From Edaphobacter aggregans (GTDB lineage Bacteria > Acidobacteriota > Terriglobia > Terriglobales > Acidobacteriaceae), in the NCBI RefSeq assembly GCF_003945235.1, contig NZ_RSDW01000001.1:1830001-1862000 (forward strand): 32,000 nucleotides of DNA, in the 5' to 3' direction. The notes under the pieces are model-generated. The model was not told where the DNA came from. It searched no databases and worked only from the letters and a program-made list of their open reading frames with translations. Below are positions 1-8,492 of the stretch, piece by piece. Position 1 is the stretch's first letter, and each line of letters opens with the position of its first letter. Made by a program: the position numbers and the translations under genes.

Positions 1-1
1 A

Positions 2-382
2 CAAGGGGTCCGACGATTGGGTGTTGCATCGGAGTTCCACTTCGGCAAGCAAACGCTCTGGCGTCGGAATGCTGCACCCGCGATCGACCGCGCCAAAGTG
101 AACAAGCCGAAGCTAGGCTGGCATTCTCTGCGTCGGTCGTATGCTTCCCTTCTCTTGTCGAGCGGAGCAAGCCTTCGCGCGAGCATGGAGCTGATGCGGC
201 ACTCTACACCAGAGATGATGCTAAGCACCTACGCTCAAGCATCGGCGATGAAAAGTGAGACGCGGGAGAGAAGGTTGCGCTGTTGTGTTGGAAGGCGGGA
301 AAGCTGCCTAGCTGACCCTTATCTGACCCACGCGGCTGAAATCGCCTCTTTCGTGAACCAGATTTTCGAGGAAAACCCTTGA
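2..382 (+). CDS. tyrosine recombinase / phage-type integrase, C-terminal catalytic portion (5' end outside window)
   Basis: Frame is open from the window edge. Translation contains GWHSLRRSYASLLL (H-x-x-R box), LMRHS (His box) and LSTYAQ (catalytic Tyr). Stop TGA 380-382 lies 6 nt from the 3' CCA end of tRNA-Ala. Confidence 0.75.
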   Translation, partial: QGVRRLGVASEFHFGKQTLWRRNAAPAIDRAKVNKPKLGWHSLRRSYASLLLSSGASLRASMELMRHSTPEMMLSTYAQASAMKSETRERRLRCCVGRRESCLADPYLTHAAEIASFVNQIFEENP

Positions 383-388
383 ATTCTT

Positions 389-464
389 TGGTGGAGCTGA
401 GCGGGATCGAACCGCTGACCTCCTCGTTGCGAACGAGGCGCTCTCCCAGCTGAGCTACAGCCCC
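389..464 (-). tRNA. tRNA-Ala, anticodon CGC, CCA encoded
   Basis: Reverse complement folds by hand into a 76-nt cloverleaf. Acceptor stem GGGGCUG/CAGCUCC has the G3:U70 Ala identity pair. Anticodon stem CCUCG/CGAGG carries loop UUCGCAA. T arm is AGCGG-UUCGAUC-CCGCU, with 3' ACCA. Confidence 0.92.
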
Positions 465-549
465 CAACCAGACGCGCATCGCACACTGCTCACGCAGAAG
501 CCACGCCGTCTAACGACTCCATTAAGTGTACCAGCAAGCGCCTCTACGC

Positions 550-834
550 TCAAACCTCACGCGCGCCCACCCGTCCCGAAACCGCAGTCCCCGCAGCCAG
601 CGGCTTCTCCACCACATGCCACACCTCGCCCGCCGCATCTATCTCTACGCCAAGCACCGGGACCTGCAACCGAGCTCCACTACGAGCGACAGCCTCCAAC
701 TCCCCAACATCGCCGGCGCGAAACTCCGTGCGATCCAGCGCCATCTGCCATCGCTGCCGCCCCGCTACCCGAGACTCCTCGCGAATATCCGTCACGACTG
801 CCATAAACGCAACACCCTCTATGCGACTCACCAC
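550..834 (-). pseudogene. short ORF, possibly a truncated remnant of an AlaX-like (AlaRS-related editing protein) N-terminal domain
   Basis: 94-aa ORF. The stretch FMAVVTDIRE..WQMALDRTEF..VLGVEIDAAGEVWHVVEKPLAAGTAVSGRV resembles (from memory) the F-x-A-x-V ... LDRT-x-F ... H-x-V-x-x-PL-x-x-G-x-x-V-x-G pattern of AlaX N-domains. The GGGQ motif is degenerate and the HxxxH editing core that should follow is missing (stop at 550). Overlaps the fbp stop by 7 nt. Confidence 0.25.
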
Positions 835-1832
835 ACCGGCTCCGCTCGCAACGCTTCCATCTCGCGCTTGCTGCCCACGCAGAACGGCGTGCGCTGATGA
901 ATCCCCTCTGGCTTAATGTCCAGAATCCTGCCAACACCAGTCGTGGCCACTCCACCCGCCTGCTCCGCAATAAACGCCAGCGGATTCGCCTCATACAGCA
1001 GCCGCAACTTGCCCTTCGGCTGCTTCGACGTAGGCGGATACAAAAACACCCCGCCCTTCAGTAGCGTCCGATGAAAGTCCGCGACCAGGCTGCCGATATA
1101 CCGCGAGCTGTACTCCCTACCCAGGCCACCCGTCCGCAACATCTCCAGATACGCGCGATACCCTTCCGGCCAGCTCGCCGCATTCGCCTCATTCACCGAG
1201 TAGTAGCTTCCCTGCTCCGGCATCTGCATCCGCTCGTTGCTCAGCACAAACGCGCCAATCGCAGGATCGAGCGTAAATCCATACACGCCATTGCCCGTCG
1301 TGTAAACCAGCACCGTCGAAGGCCCATACAACACATAGCCCGCCGCAACCTGCCGAAAGCCATGCTGCAAAATCGACTCCTCAAGCGTTCCATGTTCGGG
1401 CGGAAGCCTCCGCAGCACGCTGAAGATCGTGCCCACGTTCACATTCACATCAATATTGCTCGACCCATCCAGCGGATCGAAGACGATGATGTACTTTCCT
1501 GTCTCCGGATCGCGATTGAACGTCACCGGCTCTTCATCCTCTTCGCTCACTAGAGCAGCCACGCTGTCGCGCAATCCAAGGCAGTGCAGCAGCGCCTGAT
1601 TCGCGTACACATCCAGCTTCTGCTGTTGCTCACCCTGAACATTCTCCGCGCCAAACGCGCCCAGCACGTCGATCAGCCCCGCCGAGCGAATCTTCGCCTC
1701 CACCATCTTCGCGGCCAGCGTAATCCCGCTCAGCAACCAGCTGAATGTCCCTGTCGCCTCGCGCCCGGTCGCCTTCAACATGTCCTGCTGCTGTTGCAGA
1801 ATATGCTGTTGCACCGTCGTAATCATCGCCAT
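828..1832 (-). CDS. fbp: fructose-1,6-bisphosphatase class 1
   Basis: Class-1 FBPase motifs: VSEEDEE, FDPLDGSSNIDVNVNVGTIFSV, GKLRLLYEANPLAFIAEQAGG. Start placed at ATG 1830-1832 behind GAAGGTGGA. The ORF-track start at 1913 adds 27 unrelated residues. Confidence 0.92.
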   Translation of the reverse strand: MAMITTVQQHILQQQQDMLKATGREATGTFSWLLSGITLAAKMVEAKIRSAGLIDVLGAFGAENVQGEQQQKLDVYANQALLHCLGLRDSVAALVSEEDEEPVTFNRDPETGKYIIVFDPLDGSSNIDVNVNVGTIFSVLRRLPPEHGTLEESILQHGFRQVAAGYVLYGPSTVLVYTTGNGVYGFTLDPAIGAFVLSNERMQMPEQGSYYSVNEANAASWPEGYRAYLEMLRTGGLGREYSSRYIGSLVADFHRTLLKGGVFLYPPTSKQPKGKLRLLYEANPLAFIAEQAGGVATTGVGRILDIKPEGIHQRTPFCVGSKREMEALRAEPVW

Positions 1833-1945
1833 TGGCAATCCACCTTCATAGGAAATTTTGTCGAGGCTCCAGAATCGAAGCCTACCATCCGTGCGAAATG
1901 GAATCCACTTCACCGATTACCGCCCATTTCGCACCACGCGCACGT

Positions 1946-1951
1946 TACAAT
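1946..1951 (+). promoter_or_regulatory. -10-like hexamer TACAAT exactly 6 nt upstream of the M24 start codon (possible leaderless transcript)
   Basis: TACAAT-CCACCC-ATG(1958) with no purine-rich SD in the preceding 20 nt. No convincing -35 found. Confidence 0.35.
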
Positions 1952-1957
1952 CCACCC

Positions 1958-3265
1958 ATGCCATCCAGACGAAGCTTCCTCCTAGCCGCCACCGCAGCAG
2001 CCGCAGCACCGTCACTCTCCCTTCAAGCCCAGCGCCCCTCCACAGCGCCCCCGTCCGACCTCAAGCTCCCCGCGCCAATCGCCGCGCTCACCAGCCGCCG
2101 CTCCGAAGCCGTGCCCATCACCCTCGAAGAGCGCGAGCAGCGCGTCGAACGCGCCCGCCAGCTTCTCGCCGAGCACAAGATCGACGCCCTCGTCATCACC
2201 ACCGGCACCTCGCTCAACTACTTCACCGGTCTGCGTTGGGGCCAGTCCGAGCGCTTCTTCGCCTGGGTCCTCCCCGTCAAAGGAAGTCCCTTCATCGTCA
2301 GCCCCGTCTTCGAAGAAGGCCGCGTCCGCGAGCGCATGGAAGCCAAGCCCGCAACGCTCCCACAAGCGTCCAACACCAAGGTCTACACCTGGAACGAAGA
2401 CGAGAACCCCTACGCTCTCGTCGCCAAAGCACTGAAGGAAGCAGGCATCACCACCGGAAAGATCGGCGTCGAGGAGCGCACCCAGTTCGCCTTCTCCGAC
2501 GGCATCGCCCACGCCAGCCCCACCCTCACCGCTGTCAGCGGAACCCCCATCACCTTCGGCTGCCGCGGCGTCAAAACTCCCGCCGAGCTGGCCCTCATGC
2601 GCCTCGCCAACGACGTCACCTTCAACGTCTACGAAGCCGTCTACAAATCCGCACAGCCCGGCATGACCAACCGCCAGTTCAGCGAGCTCGTCTCCGCCGC
2701 CTACAACCGCGTCGGCTTCCCCGGCGACGCCAGCTGCCAGGTCGCCGAGTACTCTGCCCTGCCCCACGGCTCCCTCCAGCCGCAGGTCATCCGCGAGGGC
2801 CAAATCATCCTCATCGACGACGGCTGCACCGTCGAAGGCTATCAGTCCGACATGTCTCGCACCTTCGTCCTCGGCAAAGCCACCGACAAGCAAAAGAAGG
2901 TCTTCGAGATCGTCCACAAAGCCCAGGCCGCAGCCCTCGCCGCAGCGCATCCCGGTGTGCAGTGTCAGGCCATCGACGCCGCAGCCCGCAAGGTCATCAG
3001 CGATGCAGGCTTCGGCCCCGACTACAAATACTTCAGCCACCGCGTCGGCCACGGCATCGGCATGGACGGCCACGAGTGGCCCTATCTCGTCCGCGGCAAC
3101 ACCACACCGCTCGCCGCCGGCATGACCTTTTCCGACGAGCCCGGCATCTACATCACCGGCGAGTTCGGCGTCCGCCTCGAAGACGACTGGGTCGTCACTC
3201 CCAGCGGCGGAGAGATGTTCACCCCGCAAAGCCCGTCGCTTGAAGACCCCTTCGCCAAAGCCTAA
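1958..3265 (+). CDS. M24-family Xaa-Pro aminopeptidase/dipeptidase with Tat-type signal
   Basis: N-terminus MPSRRSFLLAATAAAAAPSLSLQA (twin-arginine-like). Pita-bread metal-site motifs DDGCTVEGYQSD, HRVGHGIGMDGHEWP, SDEPGIY, VRLEDD. The ORF-track start at 1832 overlaps the divergent fbp start and is unlikely. Confidence 0.88.
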   Translation: MPSRRSFLLAATAAAAAPSLSLQAQRPSTAPPSDLKLPAPIAALTSRRSEAVPITLEEREQRVERARQLLAEHKIDALVITTGTSLNYFTGLRWGQSERFFAWVLPVKGSPFIVSPVFEEGRVRERMEAKPATLPQASNTKVYTWNEDENPYALVAKALKEAGITTGKIGVEERTQFAFSDGIAHASPTLTAVSGTPITFGCRGVKTPAELALMRLANDVTFNVYEAVYKSAQPGMTNRQFSELVSAAYNRVGFPGDASCQVAEYSALPHGSLQPQVIREGQIILIDDGCTVEGYQSDMSRTFVLGKATDKQKKVFEIVHKAQAAALAAAHPGVQCQAIDAAARKVISDAGFGPDYKYFSHRVGHGIGMDGHEWPYLVRGNTTPLAAGMTFSDEPGIYITGEFGVRLEDDWVVTPSGGEMFTPQSPSLEDPFAKA

Positions 3266-3289
3266 GACATCCTCGTAGGCGATAATAAT

Positions 3290-3328
3290 CCGGTCGGCAA
3301 GCACAGCAGATCCAAGCCTGCCGACCGG
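3290..3328 (+). terminator. perfect 10-bp stem (CCGGTCGGCA/TGCCGACCGG) with 19-nt loop between the M24 and M13 genes, no U-tract
   Basis: Read directly from sequence. Function (terminator, processing or stability element) unknown. Confidence 0.3.
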
Positions 3329-3339
3329 AGCAAACCAAG

Positions 3340-5418
3340 ATGAATCTCATCGCCCGCCGCCTCCTCCCCATCGCCGGCAGCCTCCTCCTCACCTTCAGCG
3401 TCTCCGCCACAGCCCAAACCGCAGAAAAGACCGCGGCCCCCCTCGCCCACGGCATCGCCATCGCCAACATGGACACCTCCGTCCGGCCCGGCGACGACTT
3501 CTACTCCTTCGCCAACGGCGGCTTCATCGCGCACACCAAGCTTCCCCCCGACCGCGCCACCATCGGCGTCTTCACCGTCCTCTCCGACCTCAGCTCCGAG
3601 CGCACCACCAGCATCATTCAGGACGCCGCTAAAGCGAACGCCGTGCCCGGCACAGACCAGCGCAAGATCGCCGACCTCTACCACTCCTACATGGACGAGG
3701 CTGCCATCGAGACCCACGGCCTCGCCACCCTCAAGCCCCACCTCGCCGAAATCGCCGCGATCAGCTCTCCACAGCAACTCGCCCACGCCCTCGGCCTCTC
3801 CCTCCGCGCCGACGTCGATGCCCTCAACAACACCAACTTCCACACGCCGAACATCTTCGGCCTCTGGGTCGCACCCAGCTTCAACGATCCCGACCACTAC
3901 GCACCCTACCTCCTGCAAGGCGGCCTGCAACTCCCCAACCGCGACTACTATCTCTCCACCTCCCCGCGCATGCAGGAGATCCGCACCAAGTACCAGGCCC
4001 ACATCGCCGCCATGTTCCGCCTCGCTGGCATCTCCGACGCTGAGGCGCGCGCCACCCGTGTCCTCACCCTCGAAACCGCGATAGCCAAGGTCCACATCTC
4101 ACTCGCCGACAGCGAAGACATCCACAAAGCCAACAACCCCTGGACACCCGCCGACTTCTCCACCAACGCCCCCGGACTCAACTGGCCCGAGTTCTTCCGC
4201 GCCGCCGGCCTCGATAAGCAGACGACCTTCATCGTCTGGCAGCCTATTGCCTTCACTGGTGAGGCCGCGCTCGTAAGCTCCCAGCCCATCGACGCCTGGA
4301 AGGACCTGCTCGCCTATCACCTCATCGAGGCCTACGCCGCAGCTTCATCCAAGGCGCTCGCCGACGAAAGCTTCGCCTTCTTCGGTCAGACCCTCTCCGG
4401 CACGCCCCAGCAGCGCCCGCGCGACGTCCGCGGAGCCCGCCTCGTATCCGGCCTGCTCGGCGGTCCCGTAGGCCAGATCTTCGCGCAACAATACTTCTCC
4501 CCCGAGGCCAAAGCCCAGGCAGAAGCCCTCGTCTCCAACCTCATCGCCGCATTCCGCCAGCGCCTCGAGAACCTGACCTGGATGGCCCCCGCCACCAAAG
4601 CCGAAGCCCTCGCCAAACTCGGCACCCTGCAAGTCGGCATCGGCTACCCCGACCACTGGCGCAGTTACGCCGCGCTTGAAGTCACACCCGACAACCTCTT
4701 CCTCAACCTCTGGCGCAGCGATCTCTTCGAATACCACTACGATGTCGGCCGCATCGGAACCACCGTCGACCGCCGCGAGTGGACCATGAACCCGCAAACC
4801 GTCAACGCCGTCAATCTTCCTCTCCACAACGGCCTCAACTTCCCCGCCGCCATCCTGCAACCACCCTTCTTCGATCCCAAGGCCCCCGCCGCAGTGAACT
4901 ACGGAGCCATCGGCACCGTCATCGGCCATGAGATCAGCCACACCTTCGACTCCGAGGGCGCCGCCTTCGACTCCAAAGGCCGTGTCCGCAACTGGTGGAC
5001 ACCCGAAGACCTCGCCCACTTCAACGCCGCTGCCGCCGCACTGGCCGCACAATACGACACCTACAAGGCCTTCCCGGATCTCGCCGTAAACGGTCGCCAA
5101 ACCCTCGGAGAAAACATCGCCGACGTCGCCGGCCTAACCGCCGCATACGATGGCTACCACGCCTCACTGAACGGCAAGCCCGCTCCCATGGACGGCAACT
5201 TCACCGGCGACCAGCAGTTCTTCATAGCCTTCGCACAGAACTGGGGCTCCGTCGTCCGCGACGCCACGCTCCGCCAGCAGATCCTCACCGATCCCCATGC
5301 CCCCGGCCGTTTCCGCGCAGCCACCGTCCGCAACAACGACGCATGGTATCCCGCCTTCGACGTCCAACCCACCGACAAGCTCTACATCGCCCCCAAGGAT
5401 CGCGTTCAACTCTGGTAG
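3340..5418 (+). CDS. M13-family zinc endopeptidase (PepO / endothelin-converting-enzyme-like), secreted
   Basis: HEISHTFD (HExxH) and ENIADVAGL (ExxxD) zinc site, NAVNLP, about 690 aa. N-terminal signal peptide MNLIARRLLPIAGSLLLTFSVSATAQ. GGAG lies 9 nt upstream. Confidence 0.92.
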   Translation: MNLIARRLLPIAGSLLLTFSVSATAQTAEKTAAPLAHGIAIANMDTSVRPGDDFYSFANGGFIAHTKLPPDRATIGVFTVLSDLSSERTTSIIQDAAKANAVPGTDQRKIADLYHSYMDEAAIETHGLATLKPHLAEIAAISSPQQLAHALGLSLRADVDALNNTNFHTPNIFGLWVAPSFNDPDHYAPYLLQGGLQLPNRDYYLSTSPRMQEIRTKYQAHIAAMFRLAGISDAEARATRVLTLETAIAKVHISLADSEDIHKANNPWTPADFSTNAPGLNWPEFFRAAGLDKQTTFIVWQPIAFTGEAALVSSQPIDAWKDLLAYHLIEAYAAASSKALADESFAFFGQTLSGTPQQRPRDVRGARLVSGLLGGPVGQIFAQQYFSPEAKAQAEALVSNLIAAFRQRLENLTWMAPATKAEALAKLGTLQVGIGYPDHWRSYAALEVTPDNLFLNLWRSDLFEYHYDVGRIGTTVDRREWTMNPQTVNAVNLPLHNGLNFPAAILQPPFFDPKAPAAVNYGAIGTVIGHEISHTFDSEGAAFDSKGRVRNWWTPEDLAHFNAAAAALAAQYDTYKAFPDLAVNGRQTLGENIADVAGLTAAYDGYHASLNGKPAPMDGNFTGDQQFFIAFAQNWGSVVRDATLRQQILTDPHAPGRFRAATVRNNDAWYPAFDVQPTDKLYIAPKDRVQLW

Positions 5419-5474
5419 ACATAGGCAAACCCGAGCTCTGACCATCGTTGTTCGACCGAACGCACAAAGAAAGA

Positions 5475-5507
5475 GGGGCGGCAGTATATGGCCTGCCGCC
5501 CTTTTTT
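5475..5507. terminator. bidirectional intrinsic terminator between the convergent M13 and S15 peptidase genes
   Basis: Stem GGGCGGCAG (5476-5484) / CTGCCGCCC (5493-5501), 8-nt loop, followed by TTTTTT (5502-5507). The opposite strand has CTCTTTCTTT after the stem. Confidence 0.75.
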
Positions 5508-5540
5508 AAATCAGTGTCATCGGTGTAAATCGGTGTTAGG
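5505..5540. repeat. solo copy of the triple ATCGGTG-unit array (units at 5510, 5519, 5529)
   Basis: TTTAAATCAGTGTCATCGGTGTAAATCGGTGTTAGG is 30/36 identical by hand alignment to 12827-12862, with the same 9/10-nt unit spacing. Lies between the terminator and the S15 stop codon. Confidence 0.7.
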
Positions 5541-5548
5541 TTTTTCGC

Positions 5549-7477
5549 TTACGGCATCACCAGCACTTCAACCCCGCTGGCCGCATCCGCATTCCGGTAG
5601 ACACTCTCCGTAGCCTTCACAAACTGTTCCGGCTTGGCCAGCGGAATATCCACAAACGTCTGCGGATTCCGATCCACCAGCGGGAACCACGAGCTCTGCA
5701 CCTGCACCATGATCCGGTGTCCCGCACGGAACGTGTGGTTGATGTCCGGCATCTCCGCGTTCACAGAGGCCATCTTCCCCGGAACCAGCGGCGTCGGCTT
5801 CTCCCAGCTATCGCGGAACTTCGCCCGCATAGGCTCGCCGCGCACAAGCTGCTGGTACCCGCCCATCACAACTGGAGCAGCACCGACAACCCTCTTGTTT
5901 CCGGCATCCGCGGCGCTCGCATAGTCATACGGATACACATCGATCAGCTTCACCACAAAGTCCGAGTCCGTTCCAGTCGAAGCAATCTTCAGCTTCGGCC
6001 GCACCGGCCCCACGATCGTCACATCCTCTTTCAGCGGCTCCGACTCATACACCAGAACATCCGGCCTCGTCGAAGCAAACCGCTGATCATCCGCCATATA
6101 CCGCTGCGGAACCGTATCCGTCGGATACCCCACAAACGGCACCGGATGCGCAGGATCGCTCACATACTCATCCACGCCGGCCTTCTCCGTCGGCGCATCG
6201 AAGCTCAACTTCCCACCCGCATGGAAGTAAAGCGTCTTCGCAACCGCAGGCTTAGGAGGCCAGGCATCATACGTCTTCCAGACGTTGCTTCCCGTCTCGA
6301 ACACATAAGCCTTCGGCATCGGTGCGCCATGCACGCCCTTCAGGTAGTACTCAAAAAACGGATACTCGATCTTCGCCCGATAGAACTGCGACGTCTTCGA
6401 ATTGAACGTCACATCGCCCAGATGATCGCCATCCGTCCGCGACCATCCGCCATGCGTCCACGGCCCAATCACCAGCGTATTCACCGCACCCGGATTGAAC
6501 TCATCGATAGCATGAAATGTCTTGAACGGCCCCGACAGATCCTCCGCATCAAACCACCCGCCAACAGTCATCACCGCCGCATGAACGCCCTTCATATGTT
6601 GCGACAGATCACGCTTCTTCCAATACTCGTCATACGTCGTGTGCATCACCTGGTCGTGAAACAGCCAGTTGCTGCCATTCAGATACTCCTTGCCCGTATC
6701 CAGATTCCCGGTCGGTCCCGCAGCCAGCAACGCCGCATACGTATCCGGATTCTCATCCGCCGAAGGCCCACCACCCCTCGGTCCACCCGTCGGAATAACC
6801 GGATTCTTCTGCGGAGCGAAGAACCGATAAAACCCATAGTTCGCGCCCAGCATAAACGCGCCGCCATGGTACCCATCATCGTTGAAGAACAAATTCGTCA
6901 TCGGAGCCTGCGGACTCGCCGCCTTGATCGCCGGATGCGAATCGATAATGCTCGCCGACGTATAGAACCCCGGGTAGCTGATACCCGTAATCCCAACCTT
7001 GCCGTTATTGTTCGGCACATGCTTCAGCAGGAACTCCACCGTGTCGTACATATCGCTCGACTCATCCACATCCTTCGCCGACTTCTTCTCATCGATATGT
7101 ACATTCATCTCCTGAAACGCACCCTCGCTCGCCGTGCGCCCACGCGCATCTTCACAAACAAAGATGTACCCCGACTCCATCAGCTCCTGGCTAGGCCCAA
7201 TCCTCGCAGGAAACTTGTCCTCCCCATAAGGAGCGCAGCTATAAGGAGTCCGCGTCATCAAAAACGGATAAGGCCCCGAATCCTTGAACGCTCCCGCCTG
7301 CGGCACATACACCGAAGCAAACAGCTTCACCCCATCCCGCATCGGAATCCGATACTCATACTTCGCATAGTGCGTCTTCACAAAATCATCCGCTGCCGCA
7401 GCCGCTGGAGCCTGCGCAGACGCCGCAACCGAGTATGCAACTAACAAACAAGCCGCAAGACAAAGCTTCGCCTTCAT
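5549..7477 (-). CDS. S15-family CocE/NonD hydrolase (X-Pro dipeptidyl-peptidase-like), secreted
   Basis: Nucleophile elbow GISYPGFY (GxSYxG), about 640 aa with a C-terminal PepX_C-like region. Signal peptide MKAKLCLAACLLVAYSVAASAQA. SD AAGGTGA lies 5 nt upstream. Confidence 0.88.
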   Translation of the reverse strand: MKAKLCLAACLLVAYSVAASAQAPAAAAADDFVKTHYAKYEYRIPMRDGVKLFASVYVPQAGAFKDSGPYPFLMTRTPYSCAPYGEDKFPARIGPSQELMESGYIFVCEDARGRTASEGAFQEMNVHIDEKKSAKDVDESSDMYDTVEFLLKHVPNNNGKVGITGISYPGFYTSASIIDSHPAIKAASPQAPMTNLFFNDDGYHGGAFMLGANYGFYRFFAPQKNPVIPTGGPRGGGPSADENPDTYAALLAAGPTGNLDTGKEYLNGSNWLFHDQVMHTTYDEYWKKRDLSQHMKGVHAAVMTVGGWFDAEDLSGPFKTFHAIDEFNPGAVNTLVIGPWTHGGWSRTDGDHLGDVTFNSKTSQFYRAKIEYPFFEYYLKGVHGAPMPKAYVFETGSNVWKTYDAWPPKPAVAKTLYFHAGGKLSFDAPTEKAGVDEYVSDPAHPVPFVGYPTDTVPQRYMADDQRFASTRPDVLVYESEPLKEDVTIVGPVRPKLKIASTGTDSDFVVKLIDVYPYDYASAADAGNKRVVGAAPVVMGGYQQLVRGEPMRAKFRDSWEKPTPLVPGKMASVNAEMPDINHTFRAGHRIMVQVQSSWFPLVDRNPQTFVDIPLAKPEQFVKATESVYRNADAASGVEVLVMP

Positions 7478-7556
7478 GGTTCACCTTTTCGAAAGGAGGT
7501 TGGAATGGATTTCATCCGAGTCTATCGCAAATCCATCTGCGTGCTACTCAAAACAC

Positions 7557-8492
7557 TCAGCGATGGGCGTAGTAACCCGTTCTCACATCGAAAAACGCCG
7601 TCCTGTGCGGGCAGTCCAGCTTGATTCGATGAAAGACCCCATCCGCCTTTAGGTTCATCGGTTTATAGACAACCTCATATTGATTCCTCACGTCGCCTTC
7701 GATCAATCTCAGGTTCTCAAGCTGCCCCTTGCCCTGGTCGTAGAGCACCCTCCCTCCGCTCTTCGCCGCAAGCTCCTGCAGTACCTTCTGCCCTTCTTCA
7801 TGCGACGGCTTTGACCCGTCGCTAAAGACGTAGATTGACGTATGCGATTTCTGGCACCGGTTGATCACATCCTCAATGCGAGCGTGGCTCTCGTTATCCA
7901 GCCCGTCTGAAAAGAGCAGGATGAAGTTGCCTGTCCTCCCTGACGCTGCGCCTCCAAACTGATCGCGGCACGCAATGTAGATCGAATCGAATATTCCCGT
8001 GCCTCCCAGCCTGCTGCGCCAGTCCTTCGCTACACCATTCATACTCGCGGTCAAAGCCGCGCTGTCCCGCGTCCAGTCCTGCTTGATCCTGGCCTGAAAA
8101 TCAAACTGCATCACGAATGCCTCATCCGACCCTGACCGCAAAATGTGCTCCGCCATCTCCGACACAATCAGCCGATTGCGCGGCATATCATGCACCATCG
8201 ACCGGCTCGTATCCACCAGAATCCCGGCATGCACCGGCAGGTTCGTCAGCTTCTGAAAGCTGAGAACCTTCAAAGGCTTCTTACCGTTATCCAGCAATCT
8301 GAGGTCTGGGAGCTGCAGATCGTCGATCCATCGCCCCACCTCATCCTTCACGCTAAACGTGAGATTCACCTCGTCAACATTCACCGGAATCGTATAAGGA
8401 ACATCAGTTTCGGGAGTTTGCGCACCGGCCGCTCTCGCAGACCCGATCACGCACAAGATCCAAGCCGTCGCTGCAAGGCCCCGGTTCAACAT
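7557..8492 (-). CDS. VWA domain protein, acidobacterial TIGR03436-type
   Basis: MIDAS-like ILVDTSRSM, LFSDGLDNES, IYVF, and the C-terminal NQYEVVYKP...YHRIKL...R.GYYA pattern typical of the family. Signal peptide MLNRGLAATAWILCVIGSARAAGA. Start ATG 8490-8492 shares its A with the M14 stop (TGATG). Confidence 0.85.
   Translation of the reverse strand: MLNRGLAATAWILCVIGSARAAGAQTPETDVPYTIPVNVDEVNLTFSVKDEVGRWIDDLQLPDLRLLDNGKKPLKVLSFQKLTNLPVHAGILVDTSRSMVHDMPRNRLIVSEMAEHILRSGSDEAFVMQFDFQARIKQDWTRDSAALTASMNGVAKDWRSRLGGTGIFDSIYIACRDQFGGAASGRTGNFILLFSDGLDNESHARIEDVINRCQKSHTSIYVFSDGSKPSHEEGQKVLQELAAKSGGRVLYDQGKGQLENLRLIEGDVRNQYEVVYKPMNLKADGVFHRIKLDCPHRTAFFDVRTGYYAHR

Noticed and set aside
1858-3243. 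461-aa Arg/Pro/His-rich ORF in an alternative + frame of the M24 gene
   Set aside because: This is an off-frame artefact of high-GC coding sequence (poly-R/P composition). It overlaps a motif-supported CDS.
2012-3304. 430-aa ORF antisense to the M24 peptidase gene
   Set aside because: The Gly/Asp/Ala/Val/Glu-rich translation is typical of the antisense frame of a GC3-rich gene. It has no motifs, and the sense strand has a fully convincing protein.
5717-7444. 575-aa Arg-rich ORF antisense to the S15 peptidase
   Set aside because: Same antisense and off-frame artefact, with an extreme Arg/His/Ile composition and no recognisable domain.
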